Assembly (NCBI GenBank): GCA_963771355.1
Contig: CAVYTA010000007.1
Coordinates: 512,001 to 576,000 of the forward strand
Source of the DNA: an uncultured Candidatus Rokubacteria bacterium
Lineage (GTDB): Bacteria > Methylomirabilota > Methylomirabilia > Rokubacteriales > CSP1-6
Length of the DNA stretch: 64,000 bases
Direction: 5' to 3'
Shown: in pieces, positions 1 to 9,936 of the stretch
How positions within the stretch are numbered: the stretch's first letter is position 1
Layout of the letters: every line of letters starts with the position of its first letter
Program-made: the position numbers and the translations under genes
Notes under the pieces: model-generated
Database searches by the model: none
What the model was told of the DNA's origin: nothing
What the model saw: only the letters and a program-made list of their open reading frames with translations

Positions 1-141
1 CTCGTCGCCGAAGTGGCGCCGGATCTCCACCTTGCCGTCCTGCACCATGAAGGCCTCGCCCTTGGCGTCGTCGCCCTCCCGGAAGATGAACTCTCCGGGC
101 TTGAAGCTCTTGGTGGGCATTTCCCCGATCTGACGGCTCAT
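1..141 (-). CDS. Cyclic nucleotide-binding domain protein (N-terminal part; truncated by window edge)
   Basis: Reverse-strand translation from ATG at 141: MSRQIGEMPTKSFKPGEFIFREGDDAKGEAFMVQDGKVEIRRHFGDE. This matches the cNMP-binding N-terminal pattern (F-x-x-G-E-x-I-F-R-E-G-D ... G-x-V-x-I). Confidence 0.8.
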   Translation of the reverse strand, partial: MSRQIGEMPTKSFKPGEFIFREGDDAKGEAFMVQDGKVEIRRHFGDE

Positions 142-172
142 GCCAGGCCCTCGGTAGTATAGAATTGGCGCA

Positions 173-1807
173 GTGTCCCTTATGGTACGCCGAATCGCCA
201 TCGCCGTGACAGGCCTCGTCGGGCTCCTGACCGGCCTGGCCTCGCCCGCCGGAGCCCAGAAGCCCGTCACCGTCCAGGAGATCGTGCTGCGGGCCAAGCC
301 CGGGGTGGTCCTCGTGGTCGCGGAGGTCGCGGCCGAGGTGACGCTCGACTGCGGCAGCGGCGTCCAGACGGTCACGCCCCCCGTGTTCCGCGAGACCGGC
401 ACCGGTTGGTTCATCGACAGCCGCGGCTGGATCATCACCAATGGCCACGTCGTCCAGCCCGCGCATACGCCCCCGCGCTGGCTGGTCAATCAGCAGGCCC
501 AGCGCGCGGTGTCTACCGCCTGCCTGCCCAAGGTTCTGGCCGCGCGGGGCATCAATCCGGGCGAGAAGCCCGAGCTCGAGGACGCGATCAAGCGGAAGCT
601 CCTCGATACCGTCCTCCCAACGACCAAGGTGAAGCTCACCCCCTCGGTGGTCGTGGTGGTGTCGAGCGGGACCCGGCTCAAGGCGGAGGTGAAGAAGTAC
701 AGCGCCCCCTTGAGCAATGAGCCCGGGGCCATGTCGGGACGCGACCTCGCCCTTCTCAAGGTCCCGGGGGAGGTCTTTCCCGTCCTGCCGCTGACCGACA
801 GCAAGATGGTGCAGATCGGCGACCCCCTGCACATCCTGGGGTTCCCCGGCGTGGTGCTCTCGCACGAGCTGCTCAACAAGTCGGCCTCGGTGGAGGCCAC
901 CATCACCAATGGCGCGGTGTCCGGCTTGAAGGAAGACGTATCCAATCAGCCGGTGATCCAGACGGACGCGTCCGCCTCCTTTGGCAATTCCGGCGGACCC
1001 GCGGTCAACCAGAAGGGGCAGGTCCTGGGCGTGCTCACCTTCGTCTCGCTCGCGCCGGGCCCCGAGGGCGCCCTCGTCCAGGGCTTCAACTTCGTCATCC
1101 CCGCCGACGCCGTCCGCGAGTTCCTCAAGGGCACCGAGGTCCGGCTCGACGGCACCAGCAAGTTCACGGAGGCGTGGAACCGGGGGCTCCGCGACTTCTT
1201 CTCCGAGGACGACCCGGCCGCGGTGCGGTCGTTCGAGCTGGCCGATCAGCTCGTCCCCGGTCTGCCGGACGTCAAGCGGCTGCTCGCCGAGGCGCGCGAC
1301 AACGTGAAGAACCCGCGGCCGCGCCCCTTCCCGTGGTTCTGGGTCGCCATCGGCGTCACCGTCCTGAGCGTCGCCGGCTTCGGCGCCCAGTTCCTCCTGC
1401 GCTGGCAGAAGAACCGCTACCGCGTGAGCCCATCCGACGTGATCAAGATGCAAGAGAGCGGCAAGGATCCGCAGATCCTCGACGTCAGGGAGGCGGCGGC
1501 CTACGATGCTCTTCCCCTCAAGATTCCGCGCTCGATCCGCCTCGCCCCGGAGGAGCTGGCCAGCGGGGTGAGCGGCCTCGAGCTGGATCTCACCCGGCCG
1601 GTGGTAGCCTACTGCACCGCGCTCCAGGAGGCCACGAGCGCTCGGGTCGCGAAGGATCTCCGCAAGCTGGGCTTCAAGGACGTCCTCGTCCTCAAGGGCG
1701 GGCTGGGCGCCTGGACCAATTCGGGGCTGCCCATCGAGACGCGCTCGGACATCTCGGCCGTCGGGCTGGAGCTCTACAAGGCCCTGGCGGGCGGCACCGC
1801 TTGCTAG
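173..1807 (+). CDS. Trypsin-like serine protease fused via a TM helix to a C-terminal rhodanese-like domain
   Basis: Signal peptide ending near AGA-Q; catalytic triad motifs TNGHV, RDLALLK and GNSGGP; TM segment (WFWVAIGVTVLSVAGFGAQFLL); rhodanese motifs ILDVR, VVAYC and LKGGLGAW. Confidence 0.88.
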   Translation: MSLMVRRIAIAVTGLVGLLTGLASPAGAQKPVTVQEIVLRAKPGVVLVVAEVAAEVTLDCGSGVQTVTPPVFRETGTGWFIDSRGWIITNGHVVQPAHTPPRWLVNQQAQRAVSTACLPKVLAARGINPGEKPELEDAIKRKLLDTVLPTTKVKLTPSVVVVVSSGTRLKAEVKKYSAPLSNEPGAMSGRDLALLKVPGEVFPVLPLTDSKMVQIGDPLHILGFPGVVLSHELLNKSASVEATITNGAVSGLKEDVSNQPVIQTDASASFGNSGGPAVNQKGQVLGVLTFVSLAPGPEGALVQGFNFVIPADAVREFLKGTEVRLDGTSKFTEAWNRGLRDFFSEDDPAAVRSFELADQLVPGLPDVKRLLAEARDNVKNPRPRPFPWFWVAIGVTVLSVAGFGAQFLLRWQKNRYRVSPSDVIKMQESGKDPQILDVREAAAYDALPLKIPRSIRLAPEELASGVSGLELDLTRPVVAYCTALQEATSARVAKDLRKLGFKDVLVLKGGLGAWTNSGLPIETRSDISAVGLELYKALAGGTAC

Positions 1808-3444
1808 AAGCCCAGCGCTCCGCCGTCCGCGCGCGGATCTGATCCGCCGCTGAAGCCGCCCTCCTCCCGCCAGATGCAGTGCGCGTGCCCGAAGAGATCG
1901 TCCCACTCCTCGCCCACCCGCACGTCGTGTCCGCGCGCGGCGAGCTCCCGCGCGAGCGCCCTCGGATAGCGGCCCTCTACGCTGAGCGCGCGGGTGGCCA
2001 CTCCCCAGGTGCGCCCGTAGAGCCAGCGCGGCGCCTCCACGCTGGACTGCGCGCCGAGCCCGCGGTAGAGGCGCCGGGTGAGCAGCGCGGCCACCGTCTG
2101 GGGCTGACCCTCGCCGCCCATGGTCCCGAGGGTGGCGCGCGGCCGGCCGCCCTCGAGATACATGGCCGGGGTGAGGGTGTGGAGCGTGCGCTTGCCGGGC
2201 GCGAGCGCGTTGACGTGGCGGGGATCGAGGGCGAAGAACGCGCCGCGGTTCTGGAGCAGGATGCCGGTGTCGCCCGCAATCAGCCCCGCACCGTAGGTGT
2301 AGTAGAGCGACTGGATCAGCGAGACCACGTTGCCGGCCGCGTCGGCGGTGACGATGGCGACGGTGTCGCCGCCCGTGGATGTCGCCGCCGCCTCGGGCGT
2401 CATCGTGCGGTCGAGCGCGATGCGGCCGCGGAGGCGGGCCAGCCGCGCCCGATCGAGCAGTGCCGCCGGCGTCACCGTCATGGCGGTGGGATCGGTGAGG
2501 TGCCGGTCGCGGTCGGCAAAGGCGAGCTTGGTCGCCTCCACCATCACGTGGACGTAGTCGGTTTCCGCGAGCGCGGCGAGGTCGAAACCCTCGACCAGCC
2601 CCAGCAGCGTGAGGAGCGACAGGCCCTGGGTGGGCGGGGGAAAGCTCGCCGCGATCCCGTCGCCATAGGGAATGGTCAGGGGCTCCATCCATTCCGAGCG
2701 ATGGGTGGCGAGGTCCTCGGGCGTCAGCGGGCTGCCCGCCGCCGCCGCGGCGGCCACCAGGCGCTGGCCGAGCGCGCCGCGATACAGGGCCTGGGCGCCC
2801 CCGTCGCGGATTTCCTCCAGCGAGCGCGCCAGGTCCGTCTGCACGAGCGGCCCGCGGGCGAGCGCGTCCGGATGATAGAGGGGCCAGAGCCCGCGTCGCA
2901 GCTCGGGGGTCGCGGCAGGGCCGAAGAGATCGGGCTCGCGCGGGGGCGGCCGCCGCTGGCCCTCGGAGGCGGAGAAGCCCTCGCGCGCGTAGACGACGGC
3001 GTCGGCGAGAAGGGCCTTCCAGGGGAGCGGCGAGCCCAGCCCTTCGGCGCTCAGCCGATGGGCCTGCCACCAGCCGTCCACCGCGCCCGGCACCGTGAGC
3101 GCGGCCAGGCCCCCCCGGGCGGGCAGGGCGCCGGTGATGCCGCGCGCGGCGTACCAGGCGATGGTGGCGGCGGCGGCGGCCCCGCCCGCGCCACAGAGCG
3201 CGCGCAGCCGCTGGGCACGTGCGTCCCAGATCAGCCAGAAATTGTCTCCCCCCACGCCGTTGGTGTGCGGATAGACGACGGCGATGGTGGCGGCGGCGGC
3301 GATGGCGGCGTCGAGCGCGGTGCCGCCCGCCCGCAGAGCCGCCACGCCTGACTGCGAGGCGAGCAGATGGGGGGAGGCCACCATGCCGCGCGGGGCGCGC
3401 GACTCGGGCCAGCGGGTGGGGGCGGGCGGAGCGAGGGCTGACAT
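1804..3444 (-). CDS. ggt: Gamma-glutamyltransferase family protein
   Basis: GMVASPH, GVGGDNF and TVPGAVDGW; autoprocessing Thr in GGDTV; LQNRG, PGKRTLHTL, GTMGGEGQPQ and C-terminal SDPRADG. Confidence 0.93.
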   Translation of the reverse strand: MSALAPPAPTRWPESRAPRGMVASPHLLASQSGVAALRAGGTALDAAIAAAATIAVVYPHTNGVGGDNFWLIWDARAQRLRALCGAGGAAAAATIAWYAARGITGALPARGGLAALTVPGAVDGWWQAHRLSAEGLGSPLPWKALLADAVVYAREGFSASEGQRRPPPREPDLFGPAATPELRRGLWPLYHPDALARGPLVQTDLARSLEEIRDGGAQALYRGALGQRLVAAAAAAGSPLTPEDLATHRSEWMEPLTIPYGDGIAASFPPPTQGLSLLTLLGLVEGFDLAALAETDYVHVMVEATKLAFADRDRHLTDPTAMTVTPAALLDRARLARLRGRIALDRTMTPEAAATSTGGDTVAIVTADAAGNVVSLIQSLYYTYGAGLIAGDTGILLQNRGAFFALDPRHVNALAPGKRTLHTLTPAMYLEGGRPRATLGTMGGEGQPQTVAALLTRRLYRGLGAQSSVEAPRWLYGRTWGVATRALSVEGRYPRALARELAARGHDVRVGEEWDDLFGHAHCIWREEGGFSGGSDPRADGGALGF

Positions 3445-3569
3445 GAGGGAACGAGCCGGGCTCCGATCTTAGCGGAGGCCGGCTCGGGGGGCTAGCGGGT
3501 CGACCTGACCCCTAGAGGACTGGCAGCCGGAACGCTAGGGGTGCACCGGCGCCGGCTGCGCCTGACGCG

Positions 3570-4517
3570 TCATTGCGGCAGCGTGGCCAGCCAGCCCGGC
3601 TGCATCCCGAGCTCACCGAGCGTCCTGATGACCCGCCGCGAGGTGCCCAGGTCACGCCAGGACACCGCCCCCGACAGTCGCATGGCGGCGAGCCTCGTGG
3701 GGCACCGCTGGAGCAGCTCGCGGGAGAAGCTGGCGCGCGGCGCGAACTGGTAGGCCTGACCCACCGCCCATCGCTCATGCTCGGTGCCGAGGAATCTCTC
3801 GAGGCGGACGAGGCGTTCGTGCAGCAAGGGCAAGTATTCGCGCCCGGTCTCGACGAGCGTCGACACCGTGCCTCCGAACACGAACGTGTTCCAGAGGGCG
3901 GAGCCGCCTTCGAACAGGGTCTTCGCCGTTGCCTCGTCCGGCTTCTCTATGAACCCGAGTACTCGATAGAGAGGGGTCTTCTCGGGATCTCCCGACGGCT
4001 CTCCCAGATCGATCCAGCCGTAGTCGGTCTCGGGCTCGCTCGGCTCCGCCCCGAGCAGCACGATCTGTGCCGGGCTTCGCTCGACGGCGTCGGCGACCTC
4101 GGCAACCCTGTCAATGAAGAGCGCGTCGTCGCTGACGAAGTGGTCGGACGGCATGACGATCATCGCTGCTTCCGGGTCGCGCGCCCGTATCCAGAGGGCG
4201 GCGAGGAGGATCGCCGCCGCGGTGCCTCTATCGCCCGGCTGCTGGAGCACGTGAAGCGCCGGCGACTCGTTTCTGAGCTCCGCCGCCAGGTAGCGGGTTT
4301 GCCCGGCCATCGTCATGACGACCGTTCTCTCCGGCGGAAAGCGCAGCCGTATCCTCGCGAGGGTCTGCCGCAGGAACGACGTGCCGCCGGTCAGAGCGGC
4401 GTACTGCTTGGGCCTGTCCTCACCGTAGATGTGTCGGGTCAGATCCCGAAGGCGGATGCCCGCGCCGCCGGCCAGGACCACGGCCCAAGTCTGCGAGAGT
4501 CCGCGCGAGAGAGTCAT
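3570..4517 (-). CDS. Sugar-phosphate nucleotidyltransferase (mannose-1-phosphate guanylyltransferase-like, no PMI domain)
   Basis: WAVVLAGGAGIRL, RPKQY, QPGDRGTAAAI, MPSDH, ETDYGWI, FIEKP, WNTFV and WRDLG. Start placed at ATG 4517, just downstream of a sigma-54 promoter motif. Confidence 0.85.
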   Translation of the reverse strand: MTLSRGLSQTWAVVLAGGAGIRLRDLTRHIYGEDRPKQYAALTGGTSFLRQTLARIRLRFPPERTVVMTMAGQTRYLAAELRNESPALHVLQQPGDRGTAAAILLAALWIRARDPEAAMIVMPSDHFVSDDALFIDRVAEVADAVERSPAQIVLLGAEPSEPETDYGWIDLGEPSGDPEKTPLYRVLGFIEKPDEATAKTLFEGGSALWNTFVFGGTVSTLVETGREYLPLLHERLVRLERFLGTEHERWAVGQAYQFAPRASFSRELLQRCPTRLAAMRLSGAVSWRDLGTSRRVIRTLGELGMQPGWLATLPQ

Positions 4518-4534
4518 GGGACTGCTGGCGTGAG

Positions 4535-4550
4535 GGCAACCTTTGTGCCA
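4535..4550 (-). promoter_or_regulatory. Sigma-54 (-24/-12) promoter for the nucleotidyltransferase gene
   Basis: Minus strand reads TGGCAC-AAAGG-TTGCC, matching TGGCAC-N5-TTGC, and ends 17 nt upstream of the ATG. Confidence 0.7.
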
Positions 4551-4734
4551 AGGGGGGGCGAGTCCTTTCTGGCTGGCTCCGCGCACGTTTTCTCACGCCC
4601 GGGGACCGCGCGCCGCGACGCGGGGGACGAAATTGCTCGGTAATAAGTGCCGGCGACCCCTCCTGGCCACTCTTCCTCACACCTCCCCGAAGGTGCAACG
4701 CCCTGAAAGTCCGAGGGGTGTGACGCCGAGGCCA

Positions 4735-4750
4735 GGGCACACCGATTGCA
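4735..4750 (+). promoter_or_regulatory. Sigma-54 (-24/-12) promoter for the treY operon
   Basis: GGGCAC-ACCGA-TTGCA has correct GG/GC spacing and ends 24 nt upstream of the treY ATG. Confidence 0.6.
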
Positions 4751-4774
4751 CTCCCTGCCGCGACGAGACTGTCG

Positions 4775-7700
4775 ATGACGTACGCCCATGCGCTCTTCGC
4801 CGAGGCGGTCGCCCAGCTTCGGCAGCCGGGCACCGCGACCTACCGGTTCCAGCTTGGGCCATCGCGGGGATTCGAACACGTCGCCGCCCTCGCCGAGTAT
4901 CTCGACACCCTTGGTGTCACCGACGTCTACCTGTCGCCTTGCTTCAAGTGTGCTCCCGGCAGCACGCACGGCTATGACGTGACCGATCACAACGCCTTCA
5001 ATCCCGAGATCGGAAGCCCGATCACGTTCGACCGGATGACTGCGACCCTCGACAAGCGCGGCATGGGGGTCATTCTCGACATCGTGCCCAATCACATGGG
5101 CGTGGCGGGCGACACCAACCCCTGGTGGATGGACGTCCTCGAGAATGGCCCCAGCTCCCCCCGCGCCGCCTTCTTCGACATCGAGTGGGCACCTCCGAAG
5201 GCCGAGCTACGGAACAAGGTGCTCCTGCCCGTGCTCCCGGACCAGTATGGGCAGGTCCTGGAGGCGGGCCAGCTCCAGCTCGAGCTGATCGACGGCGCGG
5301 TCCGGCTGCGCTGCGAGGGCGCCGGGCTGCCCATACGCCCCGAGTCGTACCCCCGGATCCTCACCCATCGCCTCGAGGACCTGGCGTCACGCCTCGGGGA
5401 AGACCATGTCCACCTCCGGGAGCTCAGGAGCATCCTCACTTCGCTGACCCATCTGCCCGACCGGGGCGACGCGGATCCGGCGCGCATCGACGAGCGACTC
5501 CGGGAAAAAAAGGTCGTGAAGAGCCGGCTCGCTGCGCTCCTCAAGGAGTCGGCGGACATACGCGACTTCGTCGACGACAACCTCCGGGCCTTCAACGGAA
5601 GGGTGGGCGAGGCCGCCAGTTTCGACTTGCTGGACTCCCTGCTGTTCGAGCAGACGTACCGCCTCGCCGACTGGCGGGTGGCCGGCGACGAGGTCAACTA
5701 TCGGCGCTTCTTCGACATCAATCATCTCGCCGCCATCCGGATGGAGCGTCCGGAGGTCTTCGCGGAGAGCCACCAGCTGGTCCTCCGGCTGGTCGGCGAG
5801 GGCAAGGTCGTGGGCATCCGGGTGGATCACCCGGACGGTCTCTACGGGCCCGGCGAGTATTTCCGGCGGCTGCAGGAGGGCGCCATCCTCGCCACCGCGC
5901 GCCGCCTCCACCCCGATCTCGACCCCGCGTCCGCCTTTGCCGTGTCCGCCGAGTACCGGGCGGCGGTGGCGGCCGATCCGGGGAACGCGACCGCGCGGCC
6001 GCTCTGGATTGCCGCGGAGAAGATTCTGAAGCCCGACGAGCCACTCCCCGAGTGGTGGCCGGTGGCGGGCACGACGGGCTACGATTTCCTCGGCTCGGTG
6101 AACGGCCTCTTCGTCGATCGCAGCACCTCGCGCCAGCTGACGGCCGCCTACTCCCGCTTCGCCGGAAATACCGAGCCCATGGCGGAGCTGAGCTACTCCG
6201 CCAAGCGGCTCATCATGCAGGTCTCCATGGCCAGCGAGATCACGCAGCTCGGCCTTGCGCTCGATCGCATCTCGGAGCGCAACCGCCTCTCCCGCGATTT
6301 CACGCTCGCGAACCTTATCCGCGCGATCCGGGAGGTCATCGCGGCCTTTGCCGTCTACCGCACCTATATCGGCGACCTCGGGGACGAGCCGAGCAGCCGC
6401 GACCGGGCCTGCATCGACCGCGCCCTCGCCGAGGCCAAGCGCCGGAATCCCACCATGAGCGCCTCGATCTTCGAGTTCCTGCGCGACGCCCTGCTGCTGC
6501 ACCATCCGCCTCGAAGCGACGAGTCCGCGCGCGCCGAACGCCGTCACTTCACGATGCGCTTCCAGCAGACGACGGGGCCGGTCACCGCCAAGGGGGTGGA
6601 GGATACGGCGCTCTATCGCTACCACCGGCTCGTCTCGCTGAATGAAGTGGGCGGGGACCCGGCGCGGTACGGCGAGCCGGTCGCCTCCTTTCACGAGAAG
6701 AACGCGCGGCGGCGGGAGCGCTGGCCCGATTCGCTCGTCTGTACTTCGACGCACGACACGAAGCGTGGCGAGGACGTGCGGGCCCGGATCAGCGTCCTCT
6801 CTGAGATACCGGAGGTCTGGGTTTCGCACGTCCGCCGTTGGCGCACAATCAACCGCCGATTCAAGCGGGACGTCGACGGGCGCAGCGCGCCCGATCGCAA
6901 TGACGAATACCTTCTCTATCAGACGCTGGTCGGGGCCTGGCCGGCTCGAGACGATGACGAGTCGACCGAGACGCTGGTCAACCGGATTTCCGAGTACATG
7001 GAGAAGGCGGCGAAGGAGGCCAAACGGCGCACGAGCTGGATCAATCCCGATGCTGGGTACGACCAGGCCCTCCGGACCTTCGTCGGCGGGCTTCTGTCCA
7101 CAGGAAGTCCGTTTCTCGAGGTCTTCACGCCGTTCCAGCGCCGTGTGGCCCTCTACGGCTCGGTCAACTCCCTGGCGCAGACCGCCCTCAAGATCGCCGC
7201 CCCCGGCATTCCAGATTTCTACCAGGGCTCCGAGCTGTGGGATCTGGCCCTGGTCGACCCCGACAATCGCCGGCCGGTGGACTACGTTCGGCGACAGACG
7301 CTGCTGGAGGATATGAGGGCGCGCATCGAGGAGCCCTCCGACGATCTGGCGTCCGTGTGCGACGAGCTCTGCGGTTCCTGGCCCGACGGTCGCGTCAAGA
7401 TGTACGTGACCCTTCGCGCACTGACACTCCGGCGGCAACTTCCGATGCTGTTCCGCTCCGGACGCTACGAGGCCCTGTCGGCGGAGGGGGAGCACGCGGA
7501 GCATATCGTGGCCCTGACCCGACGGGATGATACGGACTCCGTCGTGGTGGTGGTGCCGCGGCTGACCGCTCGCCTGACGGCGTTCGTGGGCCGATATCCG
7601 CTCGGGGATTCCGTCTGGAAGGACACACGGATCGTGCTGGATCGCCCCGGGCTCGAGGGGATCTATACGGACCGGTTCTCCGGCCTCCACATCGCCACCG

Positions 7701-7789
7701 GGCGGCGGAACGGGACGCCCACGCTTCCCGTCGCGGCGCTCTTGGCCCGCTTCCCCGTCGCCATGCTCAGGCGCGAGGCGACTCCGTGA
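4775..7789 (+). CDS. treY: Malto-oligosyltrehalose synthase
   Basis: [62 protein letters not shown] and [11 protein letters not shown]. Confidence 0.96.
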   Translation: MTYAHALFAEAVAQLRQPGTATYRFQLGPSRGFEHVAALAEYLDTLGVTDVYLSPCFKCAPGSTHGYDVTDHNAFNPEIGSPITFDRMTATLDKRGMGVILDIVPNHMGVAGDTNPWWMDVLENGPSSPRAAFFDIEWAPPKAELRNKVLLPVLPDQYGQVLEAGQLQLELIDGAVRLRCEGAGLPIRPESYPRILTHRLEDLASRLGEDHVHLRELRSILTSLTHLPDRGDADPARIDERLREKKVVKSRLAALLKESADIRDFVDDNLRAFNGRVGEAASFDLLDSLLFEQTYRLADWRVAGDEVNYRRFFDINHLAAIRMERPEVFAESHQLVLRLVGEGKVVGIRVDHPDGLYGPGEYFRRLQEGAILATARRLHPDLDPASAFAVSAEYRAAVAADPGNATARPLWIAAEKILKPDEPLPEWWPVAGTTGYDFLGSVNGLFVDRSTSRQLTAAYSRFAGNTEPMAELSYSAKRLIMQVSMASEITQLGLALDRISERNRLSRDFTLANLIRAIREVIAAFAVYRTYIGDLGDEPSSRDRACIDRALAEAKRRNPTMSASIFEFLRDALLLHHPPRSDESARAERRHFTMRFQQTTGPVTAKGVEDTALYRYHRLVSLNEVGGDPARYGEPVASFHEKNARRRERWPDSLVCTSTHDTKRGEDVRARISVLSEIPEVWVSHVRRWRTINRRFKRDVDGRSAPDRNDEYLLYQTLVGAWPARDDDESTETLVNRISEYMEKAAKEAKRRTSWINPDAGYDQALRTFVGGLLSTGSPFLEVFTPFQRRVALYGSVNSLAQTALKIAAPGIPDFYQGSELWDLALVDPDNRRPVDYVRRQTLLEDMRARIEEPSDDLASVCDELCGSWPDGRVKMYVTLRALTLRRQLPMLFRSGRYEALSAEGEHAEHIVALTRRDDTDSVVVVVPRLTARLTAFVGRYPLGDSVWKDTRIVLDRPGLEGIYTDRFSGLHIATGRRNGTPTLPVAALLARFPVAMLRREATP

Positions 7790-9936
7790 CATCTCCTCGC
7801 ACACGGCCGGGCGCGCCGTATCCGCTCGGCGCCACGTGGGACGGCGCCGGCGTCAACTTCGCGCTGTTCAGTGAGCACGCGACGGCGGTGGATCTCTGCC
7901 TCTTCGCCCCCGAGGGCCCCCGGCGAGAGCGTCACCGCATCCGCATGCGCGACCGCACGAATCAGGTGTGGCATGTCTACCTACCCGAGGCGCGACCGGG
8001 GCTCCCGTACGGCTATCGCGTACATGGCCCGTACGCGCCCGAGGAAGGCCACCGCTTCAATCCGGCCAAGCTCCTGCTCGACCCCTACGCCAAGGCCATC
8101 CAGGGATCTCTCCAGTGGCATGACGCGCTCCATGGTTACCGTGTGGGTGATCCCGCTGAGGACCTGGCGCCGGATGACACCGACAGCGCGCCTTTCATGC
8201 CGAGGAGCGTCGTCATCGACCCCGCCTTCAGCTGGGGAGCCGACCGGCGACCCCGGACACCATGGCACAAGACGGTCATCTACGAGCTGCATGTCAAGGG
8301 CTTCACGGCCCGCCATCCCGACGTGCCCCGTCCGCTGCGCGGCACCTACGCCGGTCTGGCCGCCCCCGCCGCGGTGGAGTACCTGACGCGGCTCGGGATC
8401 ACCGCGGTCGAGCTGCTGCCCGTGCATTACTCGGTCGTGGACAGGCACCTGCTGGAGCGCGGGCTCACGAACTACTGGGGCTACAATTCGATCGGATTTC
8501 TCGCCCCCGACTCTCGATTCGCCGCCTCGCGTAGGGTGGGTGACCAGGTCGCCGAGTTCAAGACCATGGTGAAAACCCTCCACGAGGCCGGGATCGAGAT
8601 CATCCTCGACGTGGTCTACAACCACACCGCGGAGGGCAGTCACCTGGGGCCGACCCTGTCCTTCCGCGGCATCGACAATGCCGCCTACTACCGCCTGGTG
8701 TCCGACAGTCCGCGCCACTACATGGACTACACGGGCTGCGGCAATACACTGAACATGACCCATCCGCGCACCCTCCAGCTCATCATGGACAGCCTGCGCT
8801 ACTGGGTCCTCGAGATGCATATCGACGGCTTCCGCTTCGACCTGGCGTCCGCCCTCGCGCGCGAGTTCCACGACGTGAATCGTCTCTCCGCCTTCTTCGA
8901 CGTCATCCAGCAGGATCCCGTGATCTCCCAGGTCAAGCTCATCGCCGAGCCCTGGGACCTGGGCGAGGGCGGCTATCAGGTCGGCAACTTTCCGCCGGGA
9001 TGGGCGGAGTGGAACGGGCGCTACCGGGACGCCATCCGCCGCTACTGGAAGGGCGACGAGCGGCAGGTGGCCGATCTCGGCTATCGGCTCACCGGCTCGA
9101 GCGACCTCTACGAGCAGGACGGCCGCCGGCCGTCGGCGAGCGTGAACTTCGTCACCGCCCACGACGGCTTCACGCTGGCGGATCTGGTGTCCTATAACGG
9201 CAAGCACAACGAGGCCAATGGCGAGGACAACCGGGACGGCACCGACGACAATGAGTCCTGGAACTGCGGCGCCGAGGGGCCGACGGATGACCCGGCCGTC
9301 CTGGCGCTTCGCGAGCGTCAGCAGAGGAATTTCCTCGCCGCCCTGCTCCTGTCGCAGGGTATCCCCATGCTCCTGGCCGGCGACGAGAGCGGACGGACGC
9401 AGCACGGCAACAACAACGCGTACTGTCAGGACAACGAGCGGTCGTGGCACAGCTGGCCTTTGCCGCGCACGGCCCTGCGCCAGCTCGAGTTCACCCGCCG
9501 GCTCATTCGCCTCCGCCTCGACAATCCGGTCTTCCATCGACGTCTCTTCTTCCAGGGCCGCCACATTCACGGCTCTGCCGTCAAGGACCTCTCGTGGTTC
9601 CGCCCCGACGGCAAGGAGATGACGGACGACGAATGGAGCAACGGGTTCACGCGCTGTCTCGGGCTGCGGCTGGCCGGGGATGCCATCGAGGAGACGGACG
9701 AGAAGGGGCAACCGGTCGTGGGCGACACGTTTCTCCTGCTCCTGAACGCACACCACGAGCCGATCCCGTTCATCCTGCCCGCTCACCGGGCCCGCGTGCG
9801 CTGGGACCTGATCCTGGACACGCGGGACTGGGACCTCGGCAAGCGCGTTTCGACCTTCCGCGTCGGGGAGAGCTATCCTCTCGATGGGCGCTCGCTCGCG
9901 GTGCTGCGACTGCGGCGTCCCCGGGACCGGTCATGA
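7786..9936 (+). CDS. glgX: Glycogen debranching enzyme (isoamylase, GH13)
   Basis: [48 protein letters not shown] and [14 protein letters not shown] overlap with treY. Confidence 0.96.
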   Translation: MTSPRTRPGAPYPLGATWDGAGVNFALFSEHATAVDLCLFAPEGPRRERHRIRMRDRTNQVWHVYLPEARPGLPYGYRVHGPYAPEEGHRFNPAKLLLDPYAKAIQGSLQWHDALHGYRVGDPAEDLAPDDTDSAPFMPRSVVIDPAFSWGADRRPRTPWHKTVIYELHVKGFTARHPDVPRPLRGTYAGLAAPAAVEYLTRLGITAVELLPVHYSVVDRHLLERGLTNYWGYNSIGFLAPDSRFAASRRVGDQVAEFKTMVKTLHEAGIEIILDVVYNHTAEGSHLGPTLSFRGIDNAAYYRLVSDSPRHYMDYTGCGNTLNMTHPRTLQLIMDSLRYWVLEMHIDGFRFDLASALAREFHDVNRLSAFFDVIQQDPVISQVKLIAEPWDLGEGGYQVGNFPPGWAEWNGRYRDAIRRYWKGDERQVADLGYRLTGSSDLYEQDGRRPSASVNFVTAHDGFTLADLVSYNGKHNEANGEDNRDGTDDNESWNCGAEGPTDDPAVLALRERQQRNFLAALLLSQGIPMLLAGDESGRTQHGNNNAYCQDNERSWHSWPLPRTALRQLEFTRRLIRLRLDNPVFHRRLFFQGRHIHGSAVKDLSWFRPDGKEMTDDEWSNGFTRCLGLRLAGDAIEETDEKGQPVVGDTFLLLLNAHHEPIPFILPAHRARVRWDLILDTRDWDLGKRVSTFRVGESYPLDGRSLAVLRLRRPRDRS

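Noticed and set aside
1610..1640. Selenocysteine in the rhodanese active-site loop
   Set aside because: The loop is encoded TAC TGC ACC GCG CTC with no in-frame TGA, so no recoding is needed.
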